NCBI GenBank assembly: GCA_964188305.1
Contig: OZ076897.1
From: Podarcis bocagei
Taxonomy: Eukaryota
DNA length: 64,000 bases
Direction: 5' to 3' (one strand)
Shown here: one piece after another, positions 49,061-62,783 of the stretch
Layout of the letters: every line of letters starts with the position of its first letter
Position numbering within the stretch: position 1 is the stretch's first letter
Position numbers and translations under genes: made by a program
The notes under the pieces: generated by a model
What the model saw: only the letters and a program-made list of their open reading frames with translations
What the model was told of the DNA's origin: nothing
Database searches by the model: none

Positions 49061-49260
49061 TATTGAGATTCCCTGTTCAGGCTTTGTGCAAGGGCTGAGT
49101 CAACTCACAGGGAGGCTATTTCAACAGGGAGTAAGTAGGTGGCGTGAATGGCATCGGCAGATCACCATAGACAAGCTTGCATCCTCACGCACTCTTGAAA
49201 TCACCCTTTCTGCTATTGACAGAGATTGACCTCTACAAAAGCAAATTTAAAGCACCCCCC

Positions 49261-49295
<35 letters not shown>

Positions 49296-49439
49296 CCATT
49301 TTTATTTCTGCCCTATGGGATGTACTGCTGTGTGTCTCTTGAGGCTACAACAAAACAGCTTTCCTTTTCAGCATGCCGTCGTCTGGTCTTTTGGTACAGA
49401 TTTCCAGTCGTGCTTTTAACAAATCTTATATCTTTGCAG

Positions 49440-49608
49440 CGTTTATTCAGGACACCAGTCTATTTTGATTCCTCCCTCAGAATTGGAGACCACGCCTGCT
49501 CTCTGGCTTCTGGCTGTGAGTCAGTACAAAGTGAGAGACACCTTTTGCTCTTATTCCGTCATGGAGCTATGTACCAAGGGTCTTGGTTCGCAAACGGAAT
49601 CTCTGAAG
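49440..49608 (+). CDS. DIP2C: DIP2C exon (~30), VYSGHQSILIPPSELETTPALWLLAVSQYKVRDTFCSYSVMELCTKGLGSQTESLK
   Basis: gcag|C...AAG|gtgagg, 169 nt. Confidence 0.96.
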
Positions 49609-49826
49609 GTGAGGAACCCAAGCGCTCCCTTTCCCTTTGCCTCCTTGCTTTTTTGTAGGGTTGACGCGGCAGCATACGTACGAGCCGAATGCGTTCAGTG
49701 AGAAGAAATGAGTCGAGGAGTGAAGTGAGAAAAATCTTTGAAAGAGCGAATAGAATAATTCCTCTTTGCAGGAAGTTTCTCGCCAGCTGTTCCCTGGTTA
49801 TTTTCATAGCACAGGGTTTCAAAGTA

Positions 49827-50086
49827 CCGTATTTTTCACTCTATAAGACGCACCAGACCATAAGATGAACCTAGTTTTTGGGAGAGGAAAACAAGAAAAA
49901 AAATATTGCGAATCTCAGAAGCCAGAACAGCAAAGAGGGATCAGTGCGCAGTGAAAGCAGCAATCCCTCTTGCTGTTCTGGCTTCTGGGATAGCTGCGCA
50001 GCCTGAATTCGCTCCATAAGACGCACACACATTTTCCCTTACTTTTTAGGAGGGAAAAAGTGAGACTTATAGAGCAAAAAATACGG
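49827..50086. mobile_element. Tc1/mariner (pogo-like) MITE, inverted relative to the 9897 copy
   Basis: Same TIRs, TA TSD; internal sequence is the reverse complement of 9897-10155. Confidence 0.9.
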
Positions 50087-53000
50087 TAAATGAACTAGGT
50101 GGTGTTTACCTTTGCCCTTTCTGCCCTGCAACTGCACTGCGGCCATGCTTGCATCCTGTGACCACACTGCAAACCCCCTCCTCACACCAGCAATTAGGCT
50201 TGGAAAAAGTAAAGCATAATTGAAGTGTGTGAGATCTTCCTAGACAGGTGTAATCTCTACAAAGGTCACCCCAACAGTTTTTATACCTTCCCCCCTGCAA
50301 TAAAACTTTTTTTAAAAAAATACTTTACTGGACCCAATACAAGACATTTTTTTCCAAGTCTCATCGCAATGAGGAAGGGACATTTTTTGGGGCTGCAGCT
50401 TAGAGAGACGGGCCAGCCCTTTCTTCCCTAGTTGTCCCCCCGCCTCTGAAAATGTCCATCACCTATTCCAATTTTATTGTACTAAATAGAAGGAGACTTT
50501 CAAGTCTTAATTGCAGCATAGGGTCATTTTTAGTGACAGCGAGAGTTAACCTTTTCCTCTCCATCCTTGACTGCTCCCAAAACAACTCCTCCACCATGCT
50601 GCAATTAGCTTTAAATAACACTTCTGTAAGCTCTAATATACGGCTCATTCCGTATCAAGTGATCCAGCTTTCTTTTACCTCGTGTCATCCAGTTTTCTTA
50701 ATGTTTTGTACACTTGTTCAATGATCAAAACCAAGTTTAAATCTGAAATCGTAATTTTTTTATCTCATCCCGTTTGTGAGTTATGAGGGTTTGAAATTTC
50801 AAAAATAAATAAATGACAGTTTGGGCCTTGCCAGACTACACATAAACTTTAAAAACTCAGCTCAGAATTGAGATATGTCAAAACTAAAAACACCAATCTC
50901 TTCTGAGCTTCATGGGCTTTAATATATGTCACATGATGGATTTACGTTAAATTTTAAATTTAAGTTACAAAATTGAAAAATGTAAAAAAAATATTAAAAA
51001 GTCTATGTGATTAGAAATTTCCCAAAAATGTATTTGTTATTTAATATTTCTAAGAGCTACCTGCAAAATTTCACCTTGGGATCTCAATGGGATCACATTA
51101 GAAAAAAAAATTTTGCACATACATGTCAGTCTTATTGGGTTCTATTTAGGATAAATGGGTCTTCTTGGAGTAAAATATAACAGAATAACCAAGACTTCAA
51201 ACTATAATATCAGTTACTTCAGGCATTTCTTTAGAAAGTTATTCCATTAAAATGTATCTGAAAAGCTAGTCGGGCTTTTCTTTTAAAAATATGTTCCAAA
51301 GCCGAGTAATGGTCATCTTAGAGGCACTTTTCTCTGTGGAAGCACCCAGTATGTGGATCTCCCTGCCTTGAGAGACTCTCCTTCCTTCCCATTTAGTAGT
51401 TTTTGCCATTAGGTGAAAACAGGGGATTCTCTGATTCTATATTTGTTATTTTGGTGATTTGCTCAGATGCTGTCTGATCATTTTCTTGAATTGTAAACTA
51501 TTTTATTTGTATTATTTGGTGTGTTTTTAAGGTTTTAAACTGATTCAAAAAAAAATTTGGGAGTGGGAAAACAAGGGTAAAAGTTCAGCCAATAAATGAA
51601 CTCTTAAGATATTAGCCGCAATAATTGATTCAATGAATGTTTTGCAGTATCCTTTAAACCACATTCGTCCCTCTTAATTTCTGAGGCCTGTTTTTGGCAT
51701 CCTTTAGAACTGATTATGTGCAAAAAGGAACGATCTATCCAAAAAGCAGGAAGCTATAGAGCGCAGCCCAGAAAGTTCTACTTTCCAACAGGTGTTGCCC
51801 ATGGAGGGGAACAGATCCACGAAATTGTGAAATTAGTTAAGAAATGAGGTTCTGTAGGGAGGTGGCTTCCAAGAACAATCCAGAGAATGGTCAGATACAG
51901 TTCTGTTGTAGTTATTCAGGTCTGGTTTTTCTAAGCTGCCCGAATGGGAGACCATGTGAGAGCCATATAGAAGCCACTTAAGGCTTATTGGACCAAGCAT
52001 TTTCATATTTCTTTTAATAAAATACGTATTTTGGGATACAAGCAAACCCTTGGGGGAAATGCTTATATGCCCTATCTTTACATCCTTGTATTAATTTTAA
52101 TTTAGCATCTGTTATTGGTTGATAAACTACTCTAGATTATGCTGCATCCAAATTTCCAGAATGGCCTCATTTAGATATGAGTCTGACCTATGATTATTTA
52201 CCATTACAGGAGTTTGAGGTTTTGTATTCCCTTACCTCTCTGATTTCAGTTAAACACAGTTTACTGTGGTGTCCAAATCCTAAAGTGTGGTTAATTTTAA
52301 CTACGGTTTCCTGAAACAAGCCAGCTTCGTAAACCATGGTTTGAAGTTGGTTTGTTTAAGAAAATCATAGTTTTGACTAGGGTTGGGAAGCCCATTATCC
52401 TCCAGCGACTGCTGGCTCCCAAGTCCTATAATCTACAGTCAGCATAGCCAGTGGTTATGGATGAGATGGGACCTGTAGTTCAGCAACCTCAGGAAGGCTC
52501 CAGGTTTCCCATCCCTGGTTTATACTAACAGCAGTAGATGAAACAATAAACAGTGGTTAGTTAAGAGCAGCAGAAAATGCTTCCAGTCCCTTGGCCACGC
52601 TGGAGGAGGAAGGGGGGCGTACAGTTGCAAGATCACACAACACAAAGCCATAGTGTTGCATCAGAACAAGGCCAATAAAAGTATCCAAATAAAACAAATA
52701 TTCCCAGACTTACAGGCAGCTAGTATTCTGCTTCAATCAGCTTTAAACAGCCTTAAGTAAGTCCCATTGTATTCAGTGGTCCCTAAGCAGACCTTGAACC
52801 TTTTAATGGGTTTGTATCCCACTTTTCTAGGCGACTGTATGCAATACGACGAACAAAAGGTTACACAAAACTGTTAGACAACCTTCATTATGGGTGCAAG
52901 GTAGATTACAGCAATTTGAGCGGTCTCTCCCTGTCCCTAAAAAGCTCACAATTTAGGTCACATAAATGGCTTAAGGAAATGGCAAACAAAAAAAATGGCA

Positions 53001-53309
53001 AGTTGATGTGTGTTGTTGCTCTTGCTCCCCTTATCCCAAAACAAGGCTGTTCCACAACACAGACTTTCATCTGCTTCTGTTTCTCTCCCTCTTCCAATTC
53101 TGAGTTTTAAATTAACTCTTCCAGAACTCCCACCCAACCCCTGCAGTTTTTAAGAAAAAGTGTTCTTGAGCGGATGGCGACATTTCACCTTGCCGGAGGA
53201 CACTACTCTTCCCGCTCAAAGCGCACTTGGTTCAGAAATTTCTGAAATGACCTGACTAAATGCCAACAAGCTCTCATGGGATAACTTGAGTTCTGTACCT
53301 CGTTTCCAG

Positions 53310-53480
53310 GCAAGGGGACTGGACCTCTCAAGAGTGCGGACGTGTGTGGTTGTGGCAGAAGAACGGCCTCGGATAGCTCTGACGCAGTCCTTTTCAAAGC
53401 TTTTCAAAGATCTGGGCCTCCACCCCAGGGCTGTCAGCACATCATTTGGCTGCAGAGTTAACCTGGCTATATGTTTGCAG
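53310..53480 (+). CDS. DIP2C: DIP2C exon (~31), ARGLDLSRVRTCVVVAEERPRIALTQSFSKLFKDLGLHPRAVSTSFGCRVNLAICLQ
   Basis: ccag|GCA...CAG|gtaaga, 171 nt. Confidence 0.96.
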
Positions 53481-56400
53481 GTAAGAATCTCTCTCTCCTT
53501 TCCTGACAGCAATCTTAGAAGCAACCCTTTTGAAATAAGGACATGGCGATGTTCCACACAATACAGCTTGGTTAACCAATGCATGCCATGCTTAAATGTT
53601 CCTCTTTCATAATGCAAGAAGTGTAGTTTTTCTGTATTGTTTTTTACTGAGCATTTTCCATAAAGCCTTCACATCCCATTTATAGCATTTATTCTGCGCC
53701 AAACTTTAAAAAGCAATGCAGCAAAAGTTTGTCTTGTAGTTCTTACATTTGTAACATATGAAAGTCAGCCTTGTTAAAGTTGCTGTAGCTGTCCTGCCAA
53801 GTGCTTGAGTAATCTATATCTTCCTTTGTGTAGAACAATAATTTGACAGGGGCATGATTCTCATGCACATAGCATGGACTACTCATCTTAAAATAATGCT
53901 TGCTATTGTGGCTTGTGTTGAAGGTAGAAGAAACATCTGTATTGATTCTCCAGGTAGAAATTGGCAGAAAGAATTTAATACTAATAATACTAATAATACT
54001 TAGCATTTATATAGTGCTTTGGGGCATTCAAAGCCCTTTGCATACATAATCACAGTTATTACTATTACAACCTAGCTAGGTAGGTCTATGTATTTATTTC
54101 CAAACTGCAGATGTGATTCCAACTTGCTTATGGTCACCTCATTAGCTCATGATGGAGGTGAGATTGGAAACCAATGGCTTTTTAGGCAGGAAGACAGTGT
54201 GGTGCTATTATAATCATTCTGTCTGTTCAAGCATTTCAGTTTGCCAGATGAAACTACTTCCCTTTGACCCACACTGCTCTGGGGGTTCCCCCAACCTCCC
54301 CACAAGTGGATTGGGGGGGAATGGGGGGAGGAGAGAGGGAGCAGTTCCATGGTTCTAGTGGGATTTGTCACATTGGTTTCCGCCAGCAGAAACCATTTAG
54401 TTGAATCCAGGTCCTTGTTTACTCAGCTCACTTGTTTTGCCACTTGAGTACAGTGGTTCTCATGACCAACTCAAAAAAATACTGTTTTGGTACCTCCGAT
54501 TTCCCTCACTAGAACTAGTGAGGAAGCTAAAGTACTCATACAATATGGCTTCCACACATATGCATAAACACATGCATGCTGCCTCTTCCATAAAACCAAA
54601 CACTGGTGTCTGATCTAATAAAGCAATATTGTTAATTTTTTAAGCTATTGTATTATAATATGACATGGGGATGAATGGCAGAAACAAGAACAGATAAGCA
54701 AGCTTCAGCTTGATGCTGAACAAGAAGGATTATTCTTAAAGAAAATGTGATAAGGTCTCATCAGTTACAAATAAAACATTCATTTGGTGGCAGTGGAGTC
54801 AAATGACCTCTCTCCGCCGCCACAACCATTTTCTGATACCTCCCCTCCTTCCATTTTGCTTTATTTGCGTACTACCATTTATTTCAGGTTCATGGGTGCG
54901 TCTGTTCCTACACGTTAGTTCTATAGGTTGGGATTTTTTTAATGGGTGGAAATTTTCACCTCCCCCTTAAAGCTCCAGCTCAAGAGGGGAATTTTTCAGA
55001 GGGAGCATGTGGTTCAGTCGTGACCCCAGCTTTGCCATTGCAGAATACACACCAGACATGGCATTTTGCCCTCCATGGAATGCATGAAGAGCAAAAACTG
55101 AATCAACCATATGCAGTCCTGCTTTTAATAGTGTGATAGGGTTTTTTTTGCTATTATTATTAAAAATGTTTGCTTTTATACTAAGGACTCTCTCCAAGAA
55201 ATGTCAGCTTCTTCATTCTGGGAACATTAGGCTGCACTTCTGTTTGTCACAGAGGAGAGGCATTGTTCTAACTGTGCTCTTCAGATGTACACCCACAGAA
55301 ATAGATATTTCTGGCTATAACTGGGTGTTTCTAGGTTTATATCTGAATGCTGGAGTTACAACAGTTCCTTTCTCTGAGAAACAGTGATGAGCGAACAAAC
55401 TGGTATCTTTAGCTAGATATATATTCTTGCAAGTTGAAGGGTTTTTGCTATGGAGACCACCTCACAATCATCCCTCCTGCCACCAGCCACATCACTGTGG
55501 CAAACGATATTGAACTCCACAGCTCACTGTGGAAATAATAAATTGTTGGAGGGAGTAGCTGTTGTGTTGCAGCAAGCTGCCCTAAGCATTGCGGAGAACT
55601 TCCTCAAGCTGTTGCAGTGAGAACATTACCACCAGCCAGAACTGTCCCATTCCACTCGCCTCTTTCAACAAGCAGTACTGATGGATCACTCAGGGTGATA
55701 GATAGATCCAAAAACTGTATGGGAGCACTGTTGTGGGTTACAGCGATTGTTCCAGAGCTAGATGCACTTGAGCATAGGACCGCTATGCATCAATGTAGCT
55801 TCAGGAACACATACCGTGCAACATGCATAAGGTCTCATTTCCATTCTTGCGTTCCCCAGTGAAAGCAGCCTTCCACAGCCTGGTGTCCTCTATAGACTAC
55901 AACCCCCATCACCCCTGACCATTGGCCATTCTGGCTGGGGCTGATGGGAACTGGAGTCCGATGACATGTGGACCATACCAGGCTGGGAAGGGTGGAATGG
56001 AAGGATTTCTGTTAGCGTGGATAGAACAGGCCTCTTGAGTGAGATCGTGAAGGGACTGTACTCAGCCGAAAAGAAAATAATGGGCCACGTGAACCAGTGG
56101 TCTTCTGTGTATAAGGTAATTTCATATGCTACAACATTATTCATATGTGTAACCCCCAGTTTTCTGCACTTAGGAAGCACAGCCTGTAAATGCAGAACCT
56201 GCTTATCAAAATGAATTTTATATAGCAGCCTTGCTTCTTGGAAACAGAATATGCCCATTTATGGAAAATCCAGCATTTTTAACATGGCACTGTGCCCGTG
56301 AAAGAAACAACGAGAAGAGGAAATGTGGGGCTAGGCAGTTATCAGTGTTGCTCAGAGGACAGAATTGCATCCCTTGGAACAGTGCTGACTCCCAGAGCTT

Positions 56401-58319
56401 TGTGTTACCCGTCTCTGCTTTCTGTGTCGCCCCTTGTGAACTGCTTTCCAATTTGCTATCTGCAAGCAAATGACTGCTTTGAGGGGGAGGCGTTCAAGTC
56501 TGTAGTCTGAAGCTCCTTTTCCCCAGAGGGGAGGGGGTGAGAGAATAAGATCAGCTGATGTGCTCTGGTAGAAGTAATCTAAAGTGAGGATGTGTTGCTG
56601 CACTTTCGTTTGTGGAGTTTGGGTGAATAATGTCGCAGATGATAGAGGTAGAGTCTTTGAATGGAGAGAGAGAGAGAGTCTGGAACAGCCCAGTTACCAT
56701 CATCCTGACAACCTTGTGTGTGAGCTGTACCACTTCAAGTATTTAGGGCAGAGTCTCATGAAATAATTCAGTTATGTAAAGCCCACACCTGCAGTCTGGG
56801 GAGTTATGGTCCCAACATGGGTGTAATGCATAATTAAGAGCTAGGCCACAGTGCCCATATAGCTACTTATCACAGGAGGTCCTTGTTAATGCCAGTGAAA
56901 AGACGTATGGCCCTGGTTATCAATTAATTTTGTCATTGGGCCACAATGAAAACAAAGAGATTGTTAGCAGGCCAATCCCAACTTCCAAAATGACTTTTGC
57001 CACTGGGACCCAGCCACACCCCTTTATTTCCCTTGGTTGGACAGTTGTGACATTACTTGGCACCAAGTTGAGGGGTTTCACCATGACTTCCTAACCTATA
57101 ATGTTGATGGCAATAATCCAGAATATCTGGTGCATGTTTAGTTTATTTAAAATACCACATTCTAGACATCAGATACAGAAGAGCCTCATGTTACATAGTC
57201 TTTCTATAGTTTAGCATTTCTCCTCTGGTAAGAGCCTATAGAAGAAGCTTCTAATTTATTCATTCCTGTGAGCAGATTGAACTTTTATGGGTGAGAGGAA
57301 TAGTAAGTATATGTTCGTTTGTCATAGCTGAATAGTTCAGAGCAGCAGGCCATTGCTTAATGCCCCAGGAGAACAAGCTGTTGCCTCTGCCTTTTTTCCC
57401 TATTATTATTATTACCATTTATTATTATTTTACAAAAATAGAGGGAAACCTACGGCAGCTAACATAGTTCTTAAACTAGCTGGAACAATAATTTCCAAGC
57501 ATTGTGTCGGAGGGCACAGTAAAGCAAGGGATGAGAGAACCACTGGTGTACAATGAGAAATGCATTTAAAATTTCTAAATGAAAGGCGCACATGAACCCA
57601 AATCGCTCACCCACATAAAAGAGGCTGCTCATTCCATCTCTGTATGATTCACTGTCCTGACTTTCCAAATCCACGTTCGCTGAAAACAGATAATTCGCAT
57701 CTGTATCAAGGGCAGCTGCATCATTCAATTCTCGCACCGCAGAAAAACTTGAAAAAGAGCAGGTTCAGTATATAGTGACTCATACAGAAACTGGGCCAGG
57801 AGTTGGGTAACTTATTACACACCTTCAAGCTTTTCAGATGTAAAAAACGAAGCGTGCCTTTCTCATTGTAATTCAGAAAAGAAGTGTTCTTCTGCTTCTC
57901 TCTGTGGGGAACGCTGAGAAAGGCTGTAGCCTGCTCCTTGTGTTTTTGCTTGAAAGGTAGAATGAATTCTCAGGACACACTGTTCACTAACAATGTTGTC
58001 TATGCTGTCTCTTAAATGGCTTAACTCTGTTTGTCAAAGGTTAGCAAGTCTATTACTGTCTCTTCTGTTCGCTGTACTAAAATGTTGACACCTCATTTTC
58101 TTTTTCATTTTAAACCTTTAAGCAGTATAATGGTTTAATTTGTAAGATTCCTGTATTTGACATGGTTTTTTTCCTTTTATTTTACTCCCTGCTTTTTGCA
58201 TTATCCTCCCTTTTTATTTTCCTCCCGACTTCCATCCCCCCCACCCCTCTTTTTTATTATTTTTTCATGTGTTACTGTCTCTCCTCCTCCCCATATCCCA
58301 CCTGTTCCTGCTGCTGTAG

Positions 58320-58349
58320 CCACACAGGCTGGGGAAACTGGCCGAGCAG
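58320..58349 (+). CDS. DIP2C: DIP2C 30-nt cassette microexon, PHRLGKLAEQ
   Basis: Very long pyrimidine tract (~58160-58310), tgtag|CCA...CAG|gtaggg, phase 0/0 between phase-0 exons; resembles the P-x-RL-xx-LAEQ insert I recall from DIP2 isoforms. Confidence 0.85.
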
Positions 58350-60186
58350 GTAGGGGATTTTTGGTGTTCCCTAAAATACCCACCTATCCACTCCTAACAG
58401 TGGGGCAGACTAGATGGGAGTCTGGAGATTTTTGTTGTCTCGGGGTGCACATTGTCAAAACCCTTTGGCGCTGGCATTTGTGTGGGACCGGAAAGGGGGA
58501 GCAGCTTACCCTTTTGATCTGGACATTGTAGTCTTCGTCAAAAGTTGGTCGTTCAGCAACGTGCTTGAACGTTTAAAGCAGAAACAAAAAAACCGGTTTG
58601 CGCTTTTAGCATTCTAACTGCCTCGATTGATTTTTTTGCAAACTGGTTCTGGTCAACTATGAAAACATTTCCTAAGGTAATATTTATGGATCTACTCTTC
58701 CCCTCCCCTCCCCTGACCCCTCCATTAATGATGCTTGAAATGAGGTTCTCCGCTCGGCGCTAGTCTGTTACACTGCTGAGTATATATATCAGCACCTTGA
58801 AAACTATATCCTCTTCTGCCGGCTAGATAGGACTTGTGTCTTGTGTTGGCTTTATAACAAGCTGGAGTGACTTAGTGTGCATGTTGCCTCTCCTGTAACT
58901 CTCTCCTGCTGTCTTGGTGGTGGGATGCTGATTGGTGTTTCCAATGAATGTTACTTGTTTAGATGTCTCTTTGGTATTAGATCTGTCACAGGAAAAAGGA
59001 GGAAGTAGTATAAACTTCCGGGAAGGAATGTTGTGTTTCCTCTTTCACCCTGGCAGTGAGCCAGTCTGTGTCCCTTTTTGTATGTGCTCCCAATATGCTG
59101 GAAAAGCAGTGGTTGCCGCTTTTCCGAAGAAGCTGAAGGCCTCTATGTGGATGCAAACTCCGGTTTGCCAGCGTGCACTTAACAAGGGACCAATCACAGC
59201 TCCCTGGGCTCCCTTTGCAATAGACCCTTTCTGAAAGCACATGTGTTTGCATCCTTTTTTAAGGCATGCCTTGTACACTTAAAACATCCATAATAAACAT
59301 ACGAAGTGGCATTTGTTTGTTGGCACAGAAAGCTTTGCAGGGGCTGATGATGTGGCAGTGCACCCGGAAGCTGGTTCTGAAATCTTCTGATTTCTAATCC
59401 AAACAAATCTACCATGGACTGCAGTATTTTGTACTTGGTTGGTCCGTGTGCTCCTAGCTTCCTGTTCGGCAGAAGTCACATGTTTAGCAGGTGCTAAGGG
59501 ACAAAACCCAGACCTTAGGAGTTTAAGGAATATTGTGGGGTTAAAGGGCAGGTGAGGGCAAGGTCGGTGGAAAAATCAACTTCGTGAGCAGAACCAGCGC
59601 TTCCGATCATGAAGGCTATTTATTTACTTTTAGAAGAGCTGACTTGGAAAAATAGTAAAATAAGCACTTTATTAAGATACAGTAGGGTGGTTTCAAAAGG
59701 AACAGAATAACTGCTTATAGTTCTTCAGTCCATATCTGTTAATCTTGCATGTCCTACTCTTTAATACCACCAGTTTTTTTAAAAAAGACACTCTTTGCAT
59801 GTGCGAGTGTCTCAACAAATCCATACTTCCCACTTGACCGCTTGCTTCTGCCATTAGCAGCTCTGCGTCTCCAGCTGATTCTGCCTTCCATACTATTTTG
59901 CTAAACTCGTAGTACATGTGCAAGTTTCACTTGTTTATATTGACCCTGGTTTTCAGTAACATAGGCAACCGGAAACTTGCGTTTGCAGCCAACAGGTTAA
60001 AAAGAGTATGGCCAGCAAGGTATGGTTCATACTCCCGCGTCACTGATTGTAACATATTCAGTGCTTTTTATCGTTTTAATAAAGGCTTTTCTTTTTTAAA
60101 AAAACAAAACAAAACACTTTAATTGTAAGTAAAATGCACAACATCTGTTCCACGCAGAGTGCTAACTAAAAGGTTTTCTTTTGCAG

Positions 60187-60248
60187 GGGACATCAGGGCC
60201 AGATCCAACTACTGTGTATGTGGACATGAGGGCCCTCAGACATGACAG
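60187..60248 (+). CDS. DIP2C: DIP2C exon (~32), GTSGPDPTTVYVDMRALRHDR; gene continues beyond the window
   Basis: gcag|GGG...GACAG|gtatga, 62 nt. Confidence 0.96.
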
Positions 60249-60565
60249 GTATGATGACATTTATTTATTTTTTAATGCAATGTCCTTAGCTGGAAAATGA
60301 ATATACGGTTTTTGGGGGGGCAGGGGATACAAGTAAGTTTATCGTCGAAGATAGCAGTGTTGTTGTTTTTTATAAAGGCACTTAAACCACTATTACTGTA
60401 CCTGTTTTTCACAGTTTTATCCTAGCTGACCAGATGCAACACTCAAGGTGACACTTGTCACATTTGGAATCTCAATATTAATTAAAAAGTCAAATATCAC
60501 CTTATAAAGCCAGTGGTTGCATGCGTTGTAACACTAGTAATCAAACTCATCCGAGGCTTTTAAAT

Positions 60566-60567
<2 letters not shown>

Positions 60568-60602
<35 letters not shown>
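60568..60602 (+). repeat. (CA)n microsatellite
   Basis: Direct observation. Confidence 0.95.
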
Positions 60603-60604
<2 letters not shown>

Positions 60605-60605
60605 G

Positions 60606-60848
60606 TGTTAAGTTGTGGGTGAACATATCAGACGACACAGTGATTCTTCAAACAGCTCTTGTTTATTCACAGGCCAGCACAGAACTGAACTGAAGGGTTC
60701 AGTCAGCCTGCTTATATAGAGCTCCAGTACAATGTAACTGTAACAATTTTCTAAAACTATCCAATCACTGAACGTCACTTTCGATCCCTTATTTGCATAA
60801 CTATCTACAGTATCCCCCTGCTGGCCCAGGGTGAGAACTTCAGTACAT

Positions 60849-60852
<4 letters not shown>
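60606..60852 (-). mobile_element. Probable solo LTR
   Basis: tgtta...taaca inverted termini (TG..CA); TATA-like then AATAAA in order on the minus strand; no clean TSD. Confidence 0.5.

Positions 60853-60892
<40 letters not shown>
60853..60892 (+). repeat. (GA)n microsatellite
   Basis: Direct observation. Confidence 0.95.
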
Positions 60893-60896
<4 letters not shown>

Positions 60897-62438
60897 ACTT
60901 CTCCTCTAAGGCCAGAGAAAGAGATGCGTTCTGTCTCTCAGTAGAGAGTTCAGCAAGCTAGGTCCTATATTTGACTAGGCCCGATTGCTTGGTTTCAGCA
61001 ATCTGCTCAACTTCAAGGGAGGCTGTTACAGAAGCTCCCTCAAAGACCTAAGCAAGCAAGAGTTGCTTTTGCAAAAAGTGTGAAGCAAGCTGGGTTTTTT
61101 TCAGGTGGGTGGGGTATGATCCCTTACCACAAATGGGGGGGGGGATTTTGTTGCATATTTTTATATGAGGCATAAAATGTGCTTTTGAGAACGCAAAAAA
61201 GTGCCACCTCGAGGGCAGATGTGAAGGACTATGCTCAACAAATGGGGGTGACAGGGGGCAGCTGATTGTACCAAAAGTTTGTAAGTTAACACTGCAGAGT
61301 CTTAATGTTTATTTCATTATAAGGCTCCTTAGCAACCCAGTACTTAACCCAGCGTACTTTTGCTTATCCAAAGCCTCTCAAACTCTTCTGATCCAATTCA
61401 TTGTAAAATCTAGCCAGCTAGTGCCTAGGAAAGGCATGTTGAATGCCTAAGAATGCATCCAGTTTAAGTAAGTGGTAGTTAACAAGAGTATTGACTCTCA
61501 TGATAGTAGCTTCATACTTGGCACTTGACCCTGAATGAATTCATTAGGCGTTAGCTTTAGAATTGCAGCATCTTTTGTTTAAGGTGTTTACTTCATTCTT
61601 CCCCGAAGTTAGCGAAAACTGTCATGAAAGAAGATGTGAAGCAATGCTGCCATTACATTCCGTGAATTATAATTCTCTTCTCATGGATGGTGAGAGATGT
61701 CAGCTTGGGAGAATGGTCTATTATTGCCTCTCTTTTACTGAGGGATTGTGTGTGTGTCTCCCCCCCCCCCCCAAATACTTTGATCCACTTTGCTTTCAGG
61801 AGCAAAACATTATACAAAGTGCTTGGTGCAGTTTGGAAGCTGAAATGTGGGGCGGGGCAGGCATTAATAAATTTCGATGTGGGAAATGGGTTTGCTTTGC
61901 GACCCACCACCACAGAGTGTCTACTTGTGCGACTGCAGTTATGATTAAGCTGTGCCACGATAGCTGGGGATAATTATATGTGTTTGCTTAGATAAGTGTT
62001 TCAGCAAGCATGTTAATTATTTCTCCGTTCTAGTGGTACAAACCCCCCCCCCCACACACACACTAAAGGAGCAGCTCAGCATTTGTTTGCTTAGAGAAAC
62101 TTTCAAAGAGTACCCCCCCACACAAGCACCTGAGAGAATTTAGCAATCATAAGGCCTCCAGGAGCAGTATAGGCTTTCTTGTGCATTGCCATCCTTGGAG
62201 AGTGGAAGGGGACCTAACATACAGAAAGGCAATAATTGCCGTAAAGAATGCAAGCCCTCCGTCCCTCCTTTTTCAGCATGGAAGGATTCCCAGTTGAAGC
62301 CACCTCTCCTGTTCTTTGCTTCGCTGTTGAGCAAAGAGTGCTGCTTCAATGCCTTGTAGCCAGCCGATTGCTCCCTTTTGAGAAATGCGCAGTTTTCCCT
62401 TCGTCGCCCTTTTATGCCTCTGCTATTTCTGTCTGATA

Positions 62439-62783
62439 GGTAAAGGGACCCCTGACCATTAGGTCCAGTCATGGCCGACTCTGGGGTTGCGGCGCTCATC
62501 TCGCTTTATTAGCCGAGGGAGCCGGCGTGCAGCTTCCGGGTCATGTGGCCAGCATGACTAAGCCGTTTCTGGCAAACCAGAGCAGCACACGGAAATGCTG
62601 TTTACCTTCCCGCTGGAGCAGTACCTATTTATCTACTTGCACTTTGTGCTTTCGAACTGCTAGGTTGGCAGGAGCAGGGACCGAGCAACGGGAGCTCACC
62701 CCATCGTGGGGATTCAAACCGCCGACCTTCTGATTGGCAAGCCCTAGGCTCTGTCATGTAACCCACAGCGCCACCCGCGTCCC
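62439..62783 (-). mobile_element. Sauria SINE
   Basis: Near-identical to the 26726 copy; perfect 14-bp TSD atttctgtctgata. Confidence 0.93.

Noticed and set aside
58328-58349. Alternative acceptor inside the microexon giving 22 nt
   Set aside because: Frameshifting and downstream of the first AG after the tract; no support without RNA data
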